This document shows positions 19,859-31,700 of a stretch of 64,000 nt of DNA, piece after piece. Source of the stretch: Candidatus Latescibacterota bacterium. GTDB taxonomy: Bacteria; Latescibacterota; UBA2968; GCA-2709665. The DNA lies in contig OZ244744.1 in assembly GCA_965219455.1 (NCBI GenBank), positions 1,856,001 through 1,920,000 on the forward strand, written 5' to 3'. Made by a program: the position numbers and the translations under genes. How positions within the stretch are numbered: position 1 is the stretch's first letter; each line of letters begins with the position of its first letter. Below the pieces are notes generated by a model, which had not been told where the DNA came from, did not search any database, and was given only the letters and a program-made list of their open reading frames with translations.

Positions 19859-21844
19859 TTACCACCAGTGCACCTGGTGTCCCTGTCCGGGAAACCACAC
19901 GGCGTCGACCGCAAATGCCAGCACCACGCCCGCCGTGTATCCGACGAGCAGACCCAGGAACAGCGGCTTGGACCGACGGTAGAGGGCAACCCCGCCCACC
20001 CGCATGACGACCGCCTTCGCGGCCCACGCCATAAAAACCGGCATTGCCAGGCTGTACACGTTGTCCGCGGCGGCAACCGCCAGTCCGATGGGATGGATCG
20101 GCCACCAGGAAAAACGATACCGCAGGAACGTGAGCGCCCCCATCAGGCCGGCGCCGATCCCGAAGAACAATACCCGGCTCAACTCGGGCGCTCCCGGCGT
20201 GCGCATCTGGCCCAGCGTGGTGGAGAAAACCGCCTTGGGATTCCCGTTGAAAAACAGGCGCGAGAAGTTGTAGGCGCCATGCGTATGGCCCAGGTGGAGG
20301 GTGAACCAGACCGACGTGACGAGCCCGGCGAACACCCCCACGGTCACGCAGAACAGCAGGAGGCGCCGGTTGCCCCGGATGCGATCCCCCAGACGCACCG
20401 CCTGCGCCAGGCCCGGCGTGAAGAGCCCGCGCATATAGTCTATCAGCGCGTAGGAAAGCGCGATGGAGGTGAGGCAGGCGCCGGAGAGTCCGTAGGTGCC
20501 CCGCAGGTCCATCACGAAGGCCTGCGGCGTCACCGTGCCCTGGGCATAGGCCACCCCTGCTTCCGAAACGACACGCGCCAGACCGATATAGATGACGCCA
20601 AGGGCAAACAGGAACATCGACGCCGAGATCACGTCCATACCGGATCGCTGGAGCCAGAATAGCGCGTATATCGCACTTAATAACAGGCCCAGGACCGACG
20701 TACGGTACGAAAGGACTTCCCGGCCGTCGTCCACCGGATGGTCCGGGCGAATGGCCTTGAGGAAAACGTCCCGAAGATGCGCGCGGGCCACCCACAGCCG
20801 CCACCCGACCAGGCACGCCATCGCGCCGAAACACTGCCACGCCTCGGTGGGGGGATCCGCACTGAAGGTATCGGTGGACCGTTCGATCTGATACCCCAGG
20901 CGGTTGAAGATTCCGCCCTCCACCACGTGCACAAGGAAAAAGAACCAGATGCTGAACAGCACCTGCAGGTTGGCGAAATACGCAAAGCCGATGGTGTAGA
21001 ACTGCAGGGGCTGGATATAGACGCCCGGGGAGTAGCGCGTGAAGCGGAAGTAACCTGCGTGTGGAAAGAAACGAATCCCCGGCATCCCGTGAAAAAACCA
21101 GGACGTCGCGTGCCAGGCGAACAGCCCGAACGCGAGGGCCGCTCCGAACCAGAAGAGCCGGCCTTTCATGAAATCCGGCAGCGCGCTTCGGGACGACGCG
21201 CCCTCCGCCATTTCGATCGGAACCGCCGCAAGGGGATAGACCAGCTTTTCGTTCTCGGCCCATTGCCTCCGCAGAATGACCATCGTGCACGCAGAGCCCA
21301 CGAGGAGGGCGGCCACCAGGCTGCCCCACCAGGCCAGCGGGGCCAGCCACGTCTTCCAGGGCTGTACGCCTGCCGCGCCACCCTCGAAGAAAGCCCGCAG
21401 GGCGCCGCTGTCCGTCGGCACCATCCACGATTTGAGATGCGGGTGATAGTACTCGGCCCACCCGTTTTCCGGGGTTGCGAAATAGATCGGGCTTCCGATC
21501 ACCCCCACCAGGAATCCGGTGATTCCCGACGTGGGCACGACCGAGCCAACCATCCCGATTGCCGCCACCGTCAACAACTCGGAAGGCGACAGGACGGCAT
21601 CACGACGGATCCGCCTGATCAGCGGGTTCACGCCGCCCACAAGTGCGATGAAGATGCTCAGCAGCGTCAGCTGAAAAAAACTCAGGTTGAGCCTGGACGA
21701 GCGTACGACCGTTTCCGCATAGGTCACCCACAGGTTGATGGCCACCACGGCCAGCACGCCGATGCACACCGACCTGAGGGTGATCCCCTCCCTCGATTTC
21801 GAGACTTGCTTCTTCGGAACGGATTTCACTCCGTGATGGACCAT
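19859..21844 (-). CDS. DUF6785/DUF6784-type membrane protein, paralog
   Basis: Same motifs (YFATPENGW, LRRQWAENEKLVYPL, WWPIHPIG). Confidence 0.75.
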   Translation of the reverse strand: MVHHGVKSVPKKQVSKSREGITLRSVCIGVLAVVAINLWVTYAETVVRSSRLNLSFFQLTLLSIFIALVGGVNPLIRRIRRDAVLSPSELLTVAAIGMVGSVVPTSGITGFLVGVIGSPIYFATPENGWAEYYHPHLKSWMVPTDSGALRAFFEGGAAGVQPWKTWLAPLAWWGSLVAALLVGSACTMVILRRQWAENEKLVYPLAAVPIEMAEGASSRSALPDFMKGRLFWFGAALAFGLFAWHATSWFFHGMPGIRFFPHAGYFRFTRYSPGVYIQPLQFYTIGFAYFANLQVLFSIWFFFLVHVVEGGIFNRLGYQIERSTDTFSADPPTEAWQCFGAMACLVGWRLWVARAHLRDVFLKAIRPDHPVDDGREVLSYRTSVLGLLLSAIYALFWLQRSGMDVISASMFLFALGVIYIGLARVVSEAGVAYAQGTVTPQAFVMDLRGTYGLSGACLTSIALSYALIDYMRGLFTPGLAQAVRLGDRIRGNRRLLLFCVTVGVFAGLVTSVWFTLHLGHTHGAYNFSRLFFNGNPKAVFSTTLGQMRTPGAPELSRVLFFGIGAGLMGALTFLRYRFSWWPIHPIGLAVAAADNVYSLAMPVFMAWAAKAVVMRVGGVALYRRSKPLFLGLLVGYTAGVVLAFAVDAVWFPGQGHQVHWW

Positions 21845-21876
21845 ATCCGTATTCTTCCGCGTTTTGCTGTGGGCAC

Positions 21877-24231
21877 TTATCCGTCAGCCGGCAATATTGC
21901 AAAATCGTCGAACCAGAAATGCTGTCCTTCTTTCGCATTCCCGTGGGTATAGAACCTGAACCGGCGCAAATAACGAACTTCCTTGAGGTGTTCGCGTATC
22001 GTCCGTGCGTCGAGTCTTGCATGGTGCCACTGGCCGTCGTCCAGCAACGCGCAGGTGTCCGTGTCCGGGAATGTTCCGCAATTGCGCGACGACGTACCCC
22101 CCACAATCACGATCCCCTCACCGTACGCTTCCGAGGGAAATGCCTGAAGCCACAGCCCCACCGGCACGCCCTCCGGGATCCGGTAGGCGAACCGGATGAA
22201 CGGGTACGTGTCGATATCCCATTCCCCGGGAGCGAGACTGCAGCCCAGGTCGGACCCGTCTTCCTCCGCGAAAAGCCGAACGCACCTGCCACCGCCGTAT
22301 CCACCGTTAACGAACCCGTGCCCTGTCAATCGGTTTCCGCGGTAGATCTTGAACAGGTACCCCCAATCCAGCGTCGTCTCTTCTTCAAAGTCGACCACCA
22401 GCATCGGCGCTCCGGGTTCCACCGGCAGCTCCACCTTCACAAATGCCACGTCCACGCCCTCATCCCCGTCCTCATACCGAACCCGGACCCGAGGCGTATA
22501 GTGGCCGCAATCCGAATAAACGTGTACCGCTTCGGGCGCCTCCATGGTTCTTCCATCGCCGAAGTCCCACTGGGCAGACGCGACGTCCGTGCCCGCGGGC
22601 TCGACACGAAACCTCACTTTCTCCCCGGGTTGGGCGTCGGCCGGCTCGGCCCTTGCGATCGCCCGCCTGGAACCCCGGAGCCCATGTTCGTATGCGCCGA
22701 TATCGGGCGCCTCCCCGGACCACGGCAGGCTCACCGGATCACCGGCCTCCCATTCCATCTCACGGTCCAGAACGAGCATGTCCGGCTGGTAGTAGTTGAG
22801 CAGGACCTTCTCGATACGGGCAATCCGATCTCCCGTCCCGATGGCTACGCGGTCTCCCGTTTCGCCGTCAATTCCAAACCCGTCGTAGAAGTATCTGCCG
22901 TCGTCAACCGGGAGTTCCCGGCCCCTTCCGCCCAGCCTCGTCCGCGTCAGCGCACGTCCGGCATCAATGCACGGACTGTTCGCATGCAGGCGAAAATCGT
23001 GGTTTTCGGAATTCACAAAGCCGGGGTCCACGTCTATGTTATCCTCGAATTCCAGCCAGTGTCCGCGGACCACCGCATTCTCGTTGGCCTCATCAACCGT
23101 CCAGAACCGATCTCCGTGCCGCACCACCCGCTGCCCGGCCTCCGTGCCCCGAAATACATTGTTCAAAAACAGGTTGTCGCCTGCAATTCCCGCTCCCCTC
23201 ACAATCTGGACATTGCCCCCGCACCTGTCGTTCCGATAGAAGATGTTGTTGACGAACACGTTAGAACTCACGTTGACCCCGGTCAGTTCCCACCCGTACC
23301 CGAGGTTGTCCGCAATCGTATTGTGGTACACCCTGGAATTGACGAAGCGGAAGGGATCGCGCACCTGGTAATTCACCGGCACGTAACTCGATGAGTTGAG
23401 CGGCGTATGCCGGTTGCGAAACACCCGGTTGAAGCGGATGATACTGTCAATCAGCAGATTCTTCGCCCGGCTGTCGGCCGAATGCGCGCTGTCGCGCGCC
23501 TCGGTAACGATATTGCCCTCGACCAGCGCCCTGCCCGAAGCCCAGAACTCGTAGTTGCGCCCCCACGGGTTGTGGAAGCAATTCGACCGTACCACGAAGT
23601 TATTTGTCATCGAAATCTGCAACGGGCAGTGCCCCACCCGCGCAAACGCGTTTCCCTCGATCACCACGTACGTGCACTCGACCACCTGGCACATATTGCC
23701 ACCAACGCGGTCCTTGCGGAACACGTTGTCGATGAGCCGGACGTGCTCGCACCCGTTCAGCACCAGCGGCGTCGAATGCCCAGACTTCTCCATATAACAT
23801 CCCTGGACGGCGAGGCGATCGCACCCATCGGCGCGCAGCCAGCGCCCGTCCCCGGGCGCAATCCGGAAGTCCTCGATTCGGATATTGTGCTTCTCCTGAA
23901 GATCCACCGCCAGCCGGTTTTCGCCCCCGCCAACGAGCACGGCCCCATGCCTGACTTCCGACCGGTAGCGGATGGGAGCATCCGGCTCTCCGACATGCTC
24001 CGGCGTGATCGTGCCCTCGTATACCCCCGGCTGAAAGACCAGGGTATCGCCCGGTCTCAAGGCGCCGTTTGCCCGGCCGATGCTTCTCCAGGGAGACGCG
24101 CGCCCGCCCGACCCCGAGTCGTCGCCGTCCGTCGCCAGGTAGAACACCGCGCCCAGGCAGGGCAGGACGAGGGGCAACGTCAGAATGACCATTTCCAGGA
24201 AACTGGCGTCCGAATCGATTAAATAGAGCAT
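21877..24231 (-). CDS. Right-handed parallel beta-helix protein with PKD domain and C-terminal CBM-like domain
   Basis: YLATDGDD..G...SPWRSI, PGDT, Asn-ladder repeats, SPCIDAG, APDIGAYE, WDFGDG...HVY..G.Y (PKD). Confidence 0.8.
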   Translation of the reverse strand: MLYLIDSDASFLEMVILTLPLVLPCLGAVFYLATDGDDSGSGGRASPWRSIGRANGALRPGDTLVFQPGVYEGTITPEHVGEPDAPIRYRSEVRHGAVLVGGGENRLAVDLQEKHNIRIEDFRIAPGDGRWLRADGCDRLAVQGCYMEKSGHSTPLVLNGCEHVRLIDNVFRKDRVGGNMCQVVECTYVVIEGNAFARVGHCPLQISMTNNFVVRSNCFHNPWGRNYEFWASGRALVEGNIVTEARDSAHSADSRAKNLLIDSIIRFNRVFRNRHTPLNSSSYVPVNYQVRDPFRFVNSRVYHNTIADNLGYGWELTGVNVSSNVFVNNIFYRNDRCGGNVQIVRGAGIAGDNLFLNNVFRGTEAGQRVVRHGDRFWTVDEANENAVVRGHWLEFEDNIDVDPGFVNSENHDFRLHANSPCIDAGRALTRTRLGGRGRELPVDDGRYFYDGFGIDGETGDRVAIGTGDRIARIEKVLLNYYQPDMLVLDREMEWEAGDPVSLPWSGEAPDIGAYEHGLRGSRRAIARAEPADAQPGEKVRFRVEPAGTDVASAQWDFGDGRTMEAPEAVHVYSDCGHYTPRVRVRYEDGDEGVDVAFVKVELPVEPGAPMLVVDFEEETTLDWGYLFKIYRGNRLTGHGFVNGGYGGGRCVRLFAEEDGSDLGCSLAPGEWDIDTYPFIRFAYRIPEGVPVGLWLQAFPSEAYGEGIVIVGGTSSRNCGTFPDTDTCALLDDGQWHHARLDARTIREHLKEVRYLRRFRFYTHGNAKEGQHFWFDDFAILPADG

Positions 24232-24286
24232 ACGGACCTCTCCGAATTATCGGATGGGCACCTCAGGCCTCTCCGGCGGGCGCGTC

Positions 24287-25147
24287 TTACCGGCGTTTTT
24301 CCTCTTCTTCCATTAGCGGCACGAGGCTGGGCCGCCGGCTGGCGTAGGGCGGCTCCATCACAGCGCGCTGCAAAGGCGTCAACTCGTCCTTGAACGATTC
24401 GTAGCCCGCCGGGTGGATGCTGGGCCCGGATCCGAAGACCATATCCCCCGCCCCGTATCGGTACAGCAACGTTCTGCGCTCGTGGGACGCCGTCCAGGGG
24501 AACGTGCCGTGGGTGAGCGACTCGGTGAAAATCAACGCCGAGCCGGCCTTCATCGGAAGATGTCTGAACCACTCCGGGTGGATATCCAGGCGGCGAACAT
24601 CCGCCGGACACGGGTAGTTCGCCCTGTGGCTGCCGGGAATGCACGCGAATCCACCGTCGCCGGGACCGATATCCGTCAACTGGTAACAGACCGCCATCAG
24701 ACCGTTCCACATCCGCCCGTCCTGAAATTCGAAATAATACGGACCCCTCGGTGTCCCGCCGCCGTGAAACAGAAAACCCTCGGCGCCGGCCGTCATGCTG
24801 ATCCCGTTCGCATTTCCGTACCGAAACCCGTCGCCGATCAGTTCCAGCATGTATCGCATCGTCCGGGGATGGGTCAACAGGTCACGGAAGGGCTGGCACC
24901 AGGGCTTGGGCCAGTTTAGAACGTCCATGATATCCCCGCGACCGTGTGTGCCCTTCAACAATGGCGCGGCCTTGCCCCCGTGCTGTTTGGCGGCGCCCGA
25001 CAGCAATGCCTCTCCCGCCCGGATATGGACGTGGTCCGGGTTGTGATCGATCGCCTCATTCAGCGCCGCCACTTCTCCGGGCGTCAGTATATCCTCCACC
25101 ACGATATAACCGTTTACGTCGAAATGATATCGCTCATAGGCGTCCAT
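24287..25147 (-). CDS. Phytanoyl-CoA dioxygenase (PhyH) family protein
   Basis: FDVNGYIV, IPGSH, LTHGT...RRTLLYRY. Confidence 0.85.
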   Translation of the reverse strand: MDAYERYHFDVNGYIVVEDILTPGEVAALNEAIDHNPDHVHIRAGEALLSGAAKQHGGKAAPLLKGTHGRGDIMDVLNWPKPWCQPFRDLLTHPRTMRYMLELIGDGFRYGNANGISMTAGAEGFLFHGGGTPRGPYYFEFQDGRMWNGLMAVCYQLTDIGPGDGGFACIPGSHRANYPCPADVRRLDIHPEWFRHLPMKAGSALIFTESLTHGTFPWTASHERRTLLYRYGAGDMVFGSGPSIHPAGYESFKDELTPLQRAVMEPPYASRRPSLVPLMEEEEKRR

Positions 25148-25274
25148 ACGTCCCTCCGTGAAAGTCCTGGAACTGTTCTGGTGAACGTCTCGGTAATCCC
25201 GGACCGAATTTTTCCGTGGCCGGGTCGGAGCGGTTCATCGACCGCCCCGACTCTGCGACTCGCTGAGAAGGGGG

Positions 25275-28200
25275 CTAGGGTTCGATTTGCCAAATTTCAT
25301 GCGCACAGACGAGGTGCGCGCCCGCGCCATGGGACTCCACAATAGAACAGGGCGCTGGCATCCTGCCCAGTGTTCGACCTTTACCGGACGCCAAGACCGT
25401 GCTGAGTTTCCCCTGATTGTCGATCACAAGTGTTTCGTTTCCAAACGGCGCCAGGTGACTGATGCCCCGCTCGAAAAGGCGGTGCCAGACCAAATTCCCT
25501 TCCAGATCGTAGCAGAGCAGGAATCCCTGACTCGTAGCGGCAATTACACGATGTTCGGACCCGGCAAACCGGATGCCCGTGACCCGCCCGCCCAGCCGCT
25601 TCACCCAGCGCCTCTCCCATTCCCCTCCCTCACCCCGTTCGAACACGTGCAGGTTCCGGCCGCGGTTTGCGCCGCAGCCGATGAAATGCCGCCCGTCGGT
25701 TTCGTCAAACGCCAGCGCCGTCAGGATGCTCGTCCACCCCTCCACGTCGAGGTGAGCCAGAAAATTCCCGTGCGGGTCCAGGACACGGCATTTCGACGTG
25801 TCGCTGAGCACCTCGCCTCCGACAATAATCTCCGGTTCGCCACACCCGTCCACGTCGGCCACCCGGATACGCCCGGGCACGCCCTCATTGTAACGCCTGC
25901 GCCACAGTTCCCCGCCGGCCCCGTCAAAGCAGCGGATCTGAATATCTCCGCAGCCCACGGCAAAAAAGGCCGATCCCTCGTTGACCCCACCCGCCACCTG
26001 AACGGGCGCGGGGGTCGGCAGTTCCCACCAGGGCCAGGGGCAGGGCTCCCGATCGATGTCCGTTTGCCAGACCCGCCTGCCCCGGGTATCCAACCCGGTC
26101 AGCCGGCTCGCGCCGTGCCCGACCGCCAGGACCGTCTCGTCTCCCTCCGCAGCGCCGATATCGTAAACCGGTCCATCGAGGTCTTCGGACCAGACCACCC
26201 TCGCTTCCGGATCCAGGAACGTCACAGCGCCGTTTGCGGCGCCCACCACCAGCGATCCATCCGCCAGCGGGCACATCGCGCGGATCCCATCTCCCGCATC
26301 AAACACCCGGAAGGCATCGGCCCGCTCCGAACCCCCTGCAACCGCCGATCGCTCCGCCGCGGGTGGCCGCACCGACAGGACATCCAGACACCACGACGTT
26401 TCACCCTGTAAGAGGCGGACCTCGTCTTCCGTCTCCAGCAGATGGACCGGGGCTTCTCCCGGACCGCACACCTGGGCGACGTGAGTCATACGCACGCCCT
26501 GCCCGGCTTCCAGGCGCGCGGCGCGGCGCGCCACAAACGTCGAAAGCGCGACATCGTCGGTATGGTACCGCTCCTTCCACAGTTCCTGGTCCTCCGCATT
26601 CTTGTACCGCAGATGGACGGCCTCTTCAACAACCGACAGAGAAGAAGCCTCGCAGAGGCTCTCTATGCGAAACGTCACCTCCCCGGCTGAGGGGCTCTGC
26701 CTCTCGCACCGCGCCTCGCGCCCATCCAGAACCAGCATGGCCGGTGCTCGGAAGCGGGCCTCCACCGCATAGTCGCCCGCCTCGCCGGCAATTACCGTAT
26801 CGTTGAAGACAACGCAGCTCCCCGGACGCAGGTGGACCTCACGCACCCAGTCGGCGCCCGCGTAATCCTTCAACCGGATACGCAGGTACACGTTCCCTTC
26901 CGCGTCGGTCTCGTTCGCCTCCAGAATCGCGAATCCCGGAATCTCGCCGGATTCGCCGTCCCGCACGACCGTCACGACCGACATGTGTTCGGGCGCGGAA
27001 TGCACAAAGCTGTCCTCCTGCACGATCAGCGAGAGACCCAGCCGGGCGTAGTCCAGAATGCCGCCTGCATCGTCGTAGGAATGGCTGCCTCCTCCCAGGC
27101 CGTCGATCAGAAGAAAATCCTTCTCCGGCTCCCAGCCCGTACGCACGGAGAGCTTGTCGAAACACCGGTCAATCGGTGCAGATGGGGACGTGGTCACCAC
27201 CCCTGGCGCGCCATGCGGATCCCGTTCCCACGCGTGATACAGAAGCGGGTCCACCGGAACGACGGTCACTCCCGTGCAATCTTCCGGTGCCTTCGGGGCC
27301 ACACCCGCGTCGAATGCCCGCGGCATCGACGTCAGGCTGACCAGCCGGCGGTCGGGCGGCGCGAGGTCGTGGACGAACCGGTATCGCCCGTCGTTGAACC
27401 AGGCCGCCGCCGCCCGTAGGCTGGGACCGGGAAACTGCCGGTTCAGGTCGCTGTCTCCAGCCGACGGAAGCCATCCCTCGTTGTTCACCACGGCCATCGC
27501 CGCGTCCGCGGCCTGTCTGGCGCCTCCCTGCTCGAAATATCCGTGGTCCGGGTCATTCAGCCCGTATTCCACCATCACCGGCTGCGACATCCACCATCCG
27601 TGGCAGAGTCCGTCGCACAGCGGTTTCCAGGACGGGCCGTAGGGAGCATATGCCCGCCGGGCGGCCTGCTCCCACTGCTCCGGACCGGGAAGTTCCGGGA
27701 AGTGCGTCCGGAAATACGCCGCCGCGTACGCCAGCGCCAGGGACGGGATAAGTTCGTGGTTCTGCCTGGGCACGTGCATACTCACCACGCGGGGACAGTG
27801 CGCAACGTGATGCCATCCCTCCCTGCTTTCCGCCCAGCCGTAGATGAAACGTGTAATGGCAAGACGTTCCGCCTCGCTGAACAGGTTCATGTGCTCAACC
27901 AGTCGCCAGGGCTGCAGCCGGCTCAGGCTGTAGAGGTGCGCCTGGACGATCTTTTCGGACTTCTCGTATCCACTCTCGACCACCGCCTCCCACGCACGGC
28001 GGTATTCCTCTCCGAGTTGCGGGTCTCCCGTCAGATAGTAGAGATATCCCTTCAGATCTCCCTGCATCGTATTCGCGATCTGCCACGCCGTCGGGAGAAG
28101 CGGCTCCGACCGGACCTGCCTGGTCTCCGTGGGCGAGAGCGGCAGCCGCGTCACCACGAGGGCCGCCAGGTGCGGAATCGGATCGTCCAGGTGCGAACAG

Positions 28201-28598
28201 AACGCATCTGACACCGCGTTTGCGCCCGCGGCGTCGCTGTATCCCGTCTGGATGATGTTATAGCCGGTTCCGAAGGGATCGCACAGCGTGCGCAATTCAT
28301 ATCCTCCGGGGCCCGGATACCACAGGTCCGTCGCGCACATGAATCGAAAGTAGAGTTCCCGTACGCATCGGCTGTCCGACAGGTTTCCGACGACGATCAC
28401 CGGGCCGTCCGCACCCGTCAGCACGTCGCCGGCCGGATCCTCCAGAAGTTCGACAGGGGCCTTCAGATCCTGAAGCGCCCGATGCATCCGTTCTGCCGCC
28501 GCCCTCCCATGCTCGGACCTCGGCGCGGCCACCAGAACCCGCTGTGCCGCATGCAGGGGTGTTTCCGGTTCCAGAGTGCGTGGACGTTCGATTGCCAT
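25275..28598 (-). CDS. Lyase-like/beta-propeller protein (divergent paralog B)
   Basis: WYPGPGGY, RQNHE, FDKL, SHSYDD, DVDGCG propeller repeats shared with the other paralogs. Confidence 0.72.
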   Translation of the reverse strand: MAIERPRTLEPETPLHAAQRVLVAAPRSEHGRAAAERMHRALQDLKAPVELLEDPAGDVLTGADGPVIVVGNLSDSRCVRELYFRFMCATDLWYPGPGGYELRTLCDPFGTGYNIIQTGYSDAAGANAVSDAFCSHLDDPIPHLAALVVTRLPLSPTETRQVRSEPLLPTAWQIANTMQGDLKGYLYYLTGDPQLGEEYRRAWEAVVESGYEKSEKIVQAHLYSLSRLQPWRLVEHMNLFSEAERLAITRFIYGWAESREGWHHVAHCPRVVSMHVPRQNHELIPSLALAYAAAYFRTHFPELPGPEQWEQAARRAYAPYGPSWKPLCDGLCHGWWMSQPVMVEYGLNDPDHGYFEQGGARQAADAAMAVVNNEGWLPSAGDSDLNRQFPGPSLRAAAAWFNDGRYRFVHDLAPPDRRLVSLTSMPRAFDAGVAPKAPEDCTGVTVVPVDPLLYHAWERDPHGAPGVVTTSPSAPIDRCFDKLSVRTGWEPEKDFLLIDGLGGGSHSYDDAGGILDYARLGLSLIVQEDSFVHSAPEHMSVVTVVRDGESGEIPGFAILEANETDAEGNVYLRIRLKDYAGADWVREVHLRPGSCVVFNDTVIAGEAGDYAVEARFRAPAMLVLDGREARCERQSPSAGEVTFRIESLCEASSLSVVEEAVHLRYKNAEDQELWKERYHTDDVALSTFVARRAARLEAGQGVRMTHVAQVCGPGEAPVHLLETEDEVRLLQGETSWCLDVLSVRPPAAERSAVAGGSERADAFRVFDAGDGIRAMCPLADGSLVVGAANGAVTFLDPEARVVWSEDLDGPVYDIGAAEGDETVLAVGHGASRLTGLDTRGRRVWQTDIDREPCPWPWWELPTPAPVQVAGGVNEGSAFFAVGCGDIQIRCFDGAGGELWRRRYNEGVPGRIRVADVDGCGEPEIIVGGEVLSDTSKCRVLDPHGNFLAHLDVEGWTSILTALAFDETDGRHFIGCGANRGRNLHVFERGEGGEWERRWVKRLGGRVTGIRFAGSEHRVIAATSQGFLLCYDLEGNLVWHRLFERGISHLAPFGNETLVIDNQGKLSTVLASGKGRTLGRMPAPCSIVESHGAGAHLVCAHEIWQIEP

Positions 28599-28733
28599 GC
28601 CAATCGCCCTCCTATGGCGCTTTGATTCGTTTCAGGCCCGCGGCGAGCCGCCTCTTGGGGCTGACGTGTTCCCCGGCGTTAATGGAAATTCGAGGTTAAG
28701 GCCAACCTGCGGAAAATGGGACGCAGGCGTATT

Positions 28734-28758
28734 AAGGGCAGGATGCCCTCACTCCCGG
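28734..28758 (+). repeat. Divergent REP-like hairpin (AAGGGC-AGGAT-GCCCTC-ACTCCCGG)
   Basis: Same stem/5-nt loop/CTCCC tail layout as the REPs at 48781, 56697 and 57375. Confidence 0.45.
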
Positions 28759-31700
28759 TTGCTCCTACCCGCAGAGCCGGAATTCCAGAAAAAGCACTCC
28801 ACCGTTCCGTCCCGCCGGCCCGCCACCAGCCCGCCGTCCGGCCACGCTGCCGCCGCCGTCACTTCCACTCCATCGCCCCCCGACGACCGGACCGCGCCCT
28901 CCGCGTCCAGGCCGACTGCCGCCCCGCCCCGAAGCGCCACCAGACACCCGCCATTGCCATCGGGAGCCAGCCCGATCACAGGCTCCACCAGAAAACGGCT
29001 CCACAACCGTATGCCATCGGCCTTGAAACACTGCACGTACCCGTTCGAAGCCCCCACGTAGACACACCCCCCGGCCGTCTCCACCGAAAGCGCCGCGCCT
29101 CCCAGATCCGCGTCCCACAACACATCGCCGTCCCGGTTATACACAATCAACTGCCGGTGATTCGTATCCACACCACTGAGTACTTCCTCCCAGCCGTCCC
29201 CGTCCACGTCCGCCGCGCGGAGACACCTGGACCACGACGGAATCGACCAACTCATGATATCCGGCCGAGATAGCGTCTGCACGCACGCTCCATCCGACTC
29301 GAACACCCGGACGCAGCCGTGAATCGACGGGTCCGCCATACCAGCGAGCACCTGCCGGCCGCGCCCGTCCCGCAGCCGCGCCACCGCCAGGCACGTGGGC
29401 GGACCCCACTGGCAGGCGGAACGCCACATCAAACCGCCGCCCTCGTCGAACGCGTAAACGTGGCGATCCGCGCATCCGGCCAGAATCTCCTGTCTGCCGT
29501 CGCCGTCGATATCTCCGGCCGCCAGGCTCAGTACCTTGCAGTTCAACCACGTCCAGTAGTCCCAGTTCATGGGCTGCCACTCGAGTTGATAGGACCACAC
29601 CTCCCTACCCGACCCGTCCAGCCGGTGCACCGCCTCGGCCTCCCCGCCGGCCACCACGCCTCCGTCCGACAGGGCCAGGACGGTTCGGACCCCTCCCGAA
29701 ACTGCATGCTTCCATCGTATCCCGCCGTTACGGTCGAATGCCGTGATGCCTCCGCTATCGTCGCCCGCGACGCAGCCTCCTTCCCATACATCCGTCGCCG
29801 TCACCGTTGCCCCGCACAATCCGCGCCACACAGGCTTCGCATCTCCCCCTGCGGCGACGAACGGTCCGGCATCCGATCCGTCCAGGGTGGTTCCCGCCGT
29901 GGGAAGGATCGCCGCGTCTTCCCTTACCTCGACCACGGCACATTCGGCAGAGAGGGAGACGGTTGCGGCAGACCCTTCGCCTTCGACGCGGTAGCCCGAC
30001 GCTTCCGGATTCAGGGCATACGTCCGGGGATGCGCCTTTTCGTCGCTCCAGAACAGCGTGGCGAATCTCACCCCTTCGCCAGACCGAAGTCCTCTCATCG
30101 AGCGCTGCACCCACCGCGTCCCTTCTTCCGCCAGGGCGGACGTCACCGGAATCAGTTCCTGACACCCGCTTCCCGTATGCCGCATCTGAAGCCGTGCATC
30201 ACCCTGGACCGCACGCAGCGCCCCATCCGCCATTTCCACGTCCCCGTAAACGTGCCAGCGGTCCTCCACCAGGTACTCGCCATCAGCCCTCGCCCAGACT
30301 TCGTCGATGACCAGAAACCATCCCGCTTTGGCATGCACGATATGGCGATACCAGTCCGCCTGGCCGGGAGACTTCATCGACGTGCCCGCCACGCACAGGC
30401 GTTCTCCTTCCTCAAGGTATCGCAGCGCCGCATACCGGGATTCGCAGCCAGGCCCCGCACCGTCAACCGCGATACTCACCCCATTGTGATCCCTTACCGA
30501 CGCCGGACCCACGCGCCCTCCGAACCAGTTCCGCCCGCGGCCGGTATACCGCACAATACAGTTGCCGTCCTGGTAGGAATGGGACCCGCCTGAAATTCCG
30601 CAAAGTAGCAGATAGTCGTCGTCATCCGCCCAGCCGGAACGGAAATACACCTTGTCGAACGTCTGTTCGAATGGCAGGTCACGCAGGTAAACACCCTCGG
30701 GGGCCAAACCGCCAAACTCCTCCAGCGAATCGTAGAACAGTCGCGAGAGCGGGGCCACGCCCACACGCCCCAATCTATCGGGCGTTGCCGCCTGTCGCCC
30801 CGTCACCCACGTGCGAAGCGGCTCTTCCCGTCCGCCTATCGCTCGCTCGGCCAACGCATCTTCGTCCGACACGCCGCAGAAATGCAGATACTCGTCGTTA
30901 CGCGTCACCGCCGAGGCCATCAACAGATACTGCTGAGGCCCACCTTCCAGGTTGCTGTGCGCAACCAGCGCCCGATCCACACCCTCCAGGTACGGCTTGC
31001 TCGAAAGATAGTCCGCCTTCCCCGAAGCCAGCGCATAGTCTGCCGTATTGAAGAGCGAGGCGGTCCACTGGTGACCCCACGAGTCACACACCGGCTTGTT
31101 CGACGTCATCTGAGGGTCAAAAAACACCTCCGCCAGCTTCATCCACCCAAGACCTTCGGCCAGCCCGTGCACCTGGTGAAAGTAGCGGCCCCCGTAAAAG
31201 AGGTCCAGTGCCGACCGGGTCTGGTGATTCTGCCGCACCCGATCCACACCCACATGGCTCAAAAAACCGGTATTTCCGGCCCCCTCCGAGGACCGGTAAA
31301 GCCCCAGGAAGGCCTCCAGCGTCTCCTCCCGCTGTTCTTTCGGAATGCACGGGTGGTTCTCCAGGATCGTAAACGGCAGCAGCAACGTCCTCAGAAACCC
31401 GTGGATCTGCGGCGGGTCCGGCAGGTCTCGCTCAAACCACCGCGTGCGGGCGAAATGGCAGACCTGTCTGCAGAACATCGCCATCAACGCCTCCATGCCG
31501 GTACGCACCGCCAGCATACCAATTGTAGCAATAGCGCCCATATAGTCCCAGTCACCCGCCCCGCTGGTATACTCTCGCTCCAGATCGGCATCGCCCGCCG
31601 CCAGCCGCTCCCGCGCCGGCGCCAGGTACAAGTCCGCCCACTTCCCTGGCTTCGCCCGATACTGAAAGGGCAACACAGGTCCATTTGCCTCGATCACCTC

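Noticed and set aside
25222-25253. Intergenic hairpin as an intrinsic terminator
   Set aside because: A stem is present but there is no adjacent U-tract on the coding strand
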